Source: Lama glama
Taxonomy: Eukaryota
Assembly (NCBI GenBank): GCA_028534125.1
Contig: CM052833.1
Location: 18,538,001 to 18,602,000, forward strand
DNA: 64,000 nt
Direction: 5' to 3'
Numbering within the stretch: the stretch's first letter is position 1; each line of letters opens with the position of its first letter. The position numbers were made by a program, and so were the translations under genes. This document shows, one piece after another, positions 62,660-64,000 of this stretch. A model generated the notes under the pieces. The model did no database searches. It was not told the origin of the DNA and saw only the letters and a program-made list of their open reading frames with translations.

Positions 62660-62943
62660 CTGATACAGGGCCACACAGAACAGGAACAGCACCATGTAGA
62701 TGATTTTGTACATCACGATTTTGCCCTCGAAGCTGACAAAGAAGAACATCCCGCCACAGACGTAGATCCAGTACTTGATGAACACGGCCACCACCAGGTT
62801 CCCCAGCACGTTCATGACGTCCTGGCCGCCTTCCTCCTCCTCCTCTTCCTCCTCCTGCCTTCTCTCCTGCTTCTCCTCCTTCGTTTCCTCTTCCTCCACC
62901 TTCTGCTGGGCCACCCCTTCCACCTGGACGTCGTGTTCCTCAT
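62660..62943 (-). CDS. PIEZO2: PIEZO2 exon ~15 (284 nt)
   Basis: ttttaag|ATGAGG...TATCAG|gtgggt; DEEHDVQVEG...IKYWIYVCGGMFFFVSFEGKIVMYKIIYMVLFLFCVALYQ. Confidence 0.95.
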
Positions 62944-64000
62944 CTTAAAACAGAAGATGGTGCCGTGAAACCGAGCCAGTCCCCCGAACCGAACCTCCCG
63001 CTGACCGGGTGTGACGTGGGTGTGACACTGAGCGTGTGTCGGACGCGTCACTGCGCGATCTGGGTCATTCAGAGTGTTCTCCCGCCCCAGGCAGAATTCA
63101 CCTAACTCAGCATAGTCAGTTTCCCTAGCTGTCCTGAACCAGTTTCAAAGAAAGACACCTGGTAATATTGCGGCACTAATCTTCCTGTAACACCCACTTC
63201 ACCTCCGATACGCGATGACAGCCGCAATGACTGCGGGACTGCGGGACGTAGAAAGATACACAGCAACAAACAACACAAACGAAAACTACGACATCAGCTT
63301 CGAATTCTGACAGTCACACGGCTCTGGACGCTCCTGGCCATGTTTTGCTGAATCTGGGTTGATGGTGACGATCTTGACCGAAAAGCCTGCTTCGAAAGAA
63401 CTAAACGGGTAAGAGTTAAAGCCAAATACGGCTTGATTTAAATTAGGTTTGAAGAGTCACTGTAATTTAACTGAGGCTCAAACAGTTTTGTGCATTGCAA
63501 TTAAAAGCGTATTTGGTCTTCCTTCAAAATATGCTAACACGGAGGACTCGTCTTCGTGTTCCCAAGGTGACCTCCAATTTGAATAATTTATTGACGTGAC
63601 CAGGAGTTCCCAGAGTGAGGGGAACGCAAGGGAGGTGAGGGGTCAGAGCAGCTCTTGGTCTTACATGGCCTATTCTTCACATAAAGTACCTGGTGAACTG
63701 AATCCCTCTGGTCCTAGAGACGTCCAAACTCAAACAGTCAAGATGTAAACCTTGCAGATTTTAGCGGCTAAAAAACAACTCCGCATGTGGGCCTCAAAGA
63801 GAAACTATGAGGAAAAGATGAGTTGGTCTGTGCTGGCTTTCTCATCCTTACTGGGTTCCTCGTAAAGGCACCAGCCTGGCTTCTGCATTTACAGCCTCCT
63901 CTTCTGAGAGAAGTCTGCCTACCCCACTAACGGCCTCCAAGCCGTTTCACAAACGTAACACTGTATTCATCGGTGTATCGGGGCAGGGATGAGCACTACC

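Larger units (their letters stand above)
200..62943 (-). other. PIEZO2: PIEZO2 gene body (partial; exons ~15-48, gene continues beyond both window ends)
   Basis: 34 exons splice into one open frame with PIEZO2-diagnostic peptides (e.g. QWWRPWVDHASMVRSGDYYLFETDSEEEEEE, HELTASELLL, KHSAAADITSSLSEDQVPGPFL); all phases checked as compatible. Confidence 0.99.

Noticed and set aside
200-62943. PIEZO1 or a pseudogene, given the high GC content
   Set aside because: The peptides and the E18/E19/E35/E40 cassettes are PIEZO2-specific, and all exons are in frame with intact splice sites.

Overview
This window is mammalian genomic DNA, most likely camelid (alpaca/camel) judging by its tRNA-derived Vic-1-like SINEs. 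It lies entirely inside the PIEZO2 mechanosensitive channel gene on the minus strand. I traced 34 coding exons by hand (about E15-E48; the numbering is inferred by counting from the recalled cassettes E18/E19/E33/E35/E40). All have compatible splice sites and phases, giving 5,365 nt (about 1,788 codons) of continuous frame covering the blade THUs, beam, latch/lateral plug, clasp and THU8-9. The start and the pore-forming C-terminus lie outside the window. All five known cassette exons are intact, and the peptides of several short exons (including E19, E33 and E35) are absent from the ORF track. One intron is GC-AG. The introns hold SINE, L1, L2, MIR and DNA-transposon relics, a probable solo LTR and a 45-bp minisatellite with a 500-N gap. 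The most interesting unexplained signals are: a candidate in-frame 39-nt exon just upstream of E35; a candidate poison exon between E39 and E40; clustered RBFOX/MBNL/QKI/NOVA motifs around the cassettes; a locus-wide AT-to-GC drift affecting both the protein and dead repeats; and two short near-perfect dispersed duplications. No prokaryotic-type system is present. Human/mouse comparisons and repeat family names come from memory and need alignment to confirm.
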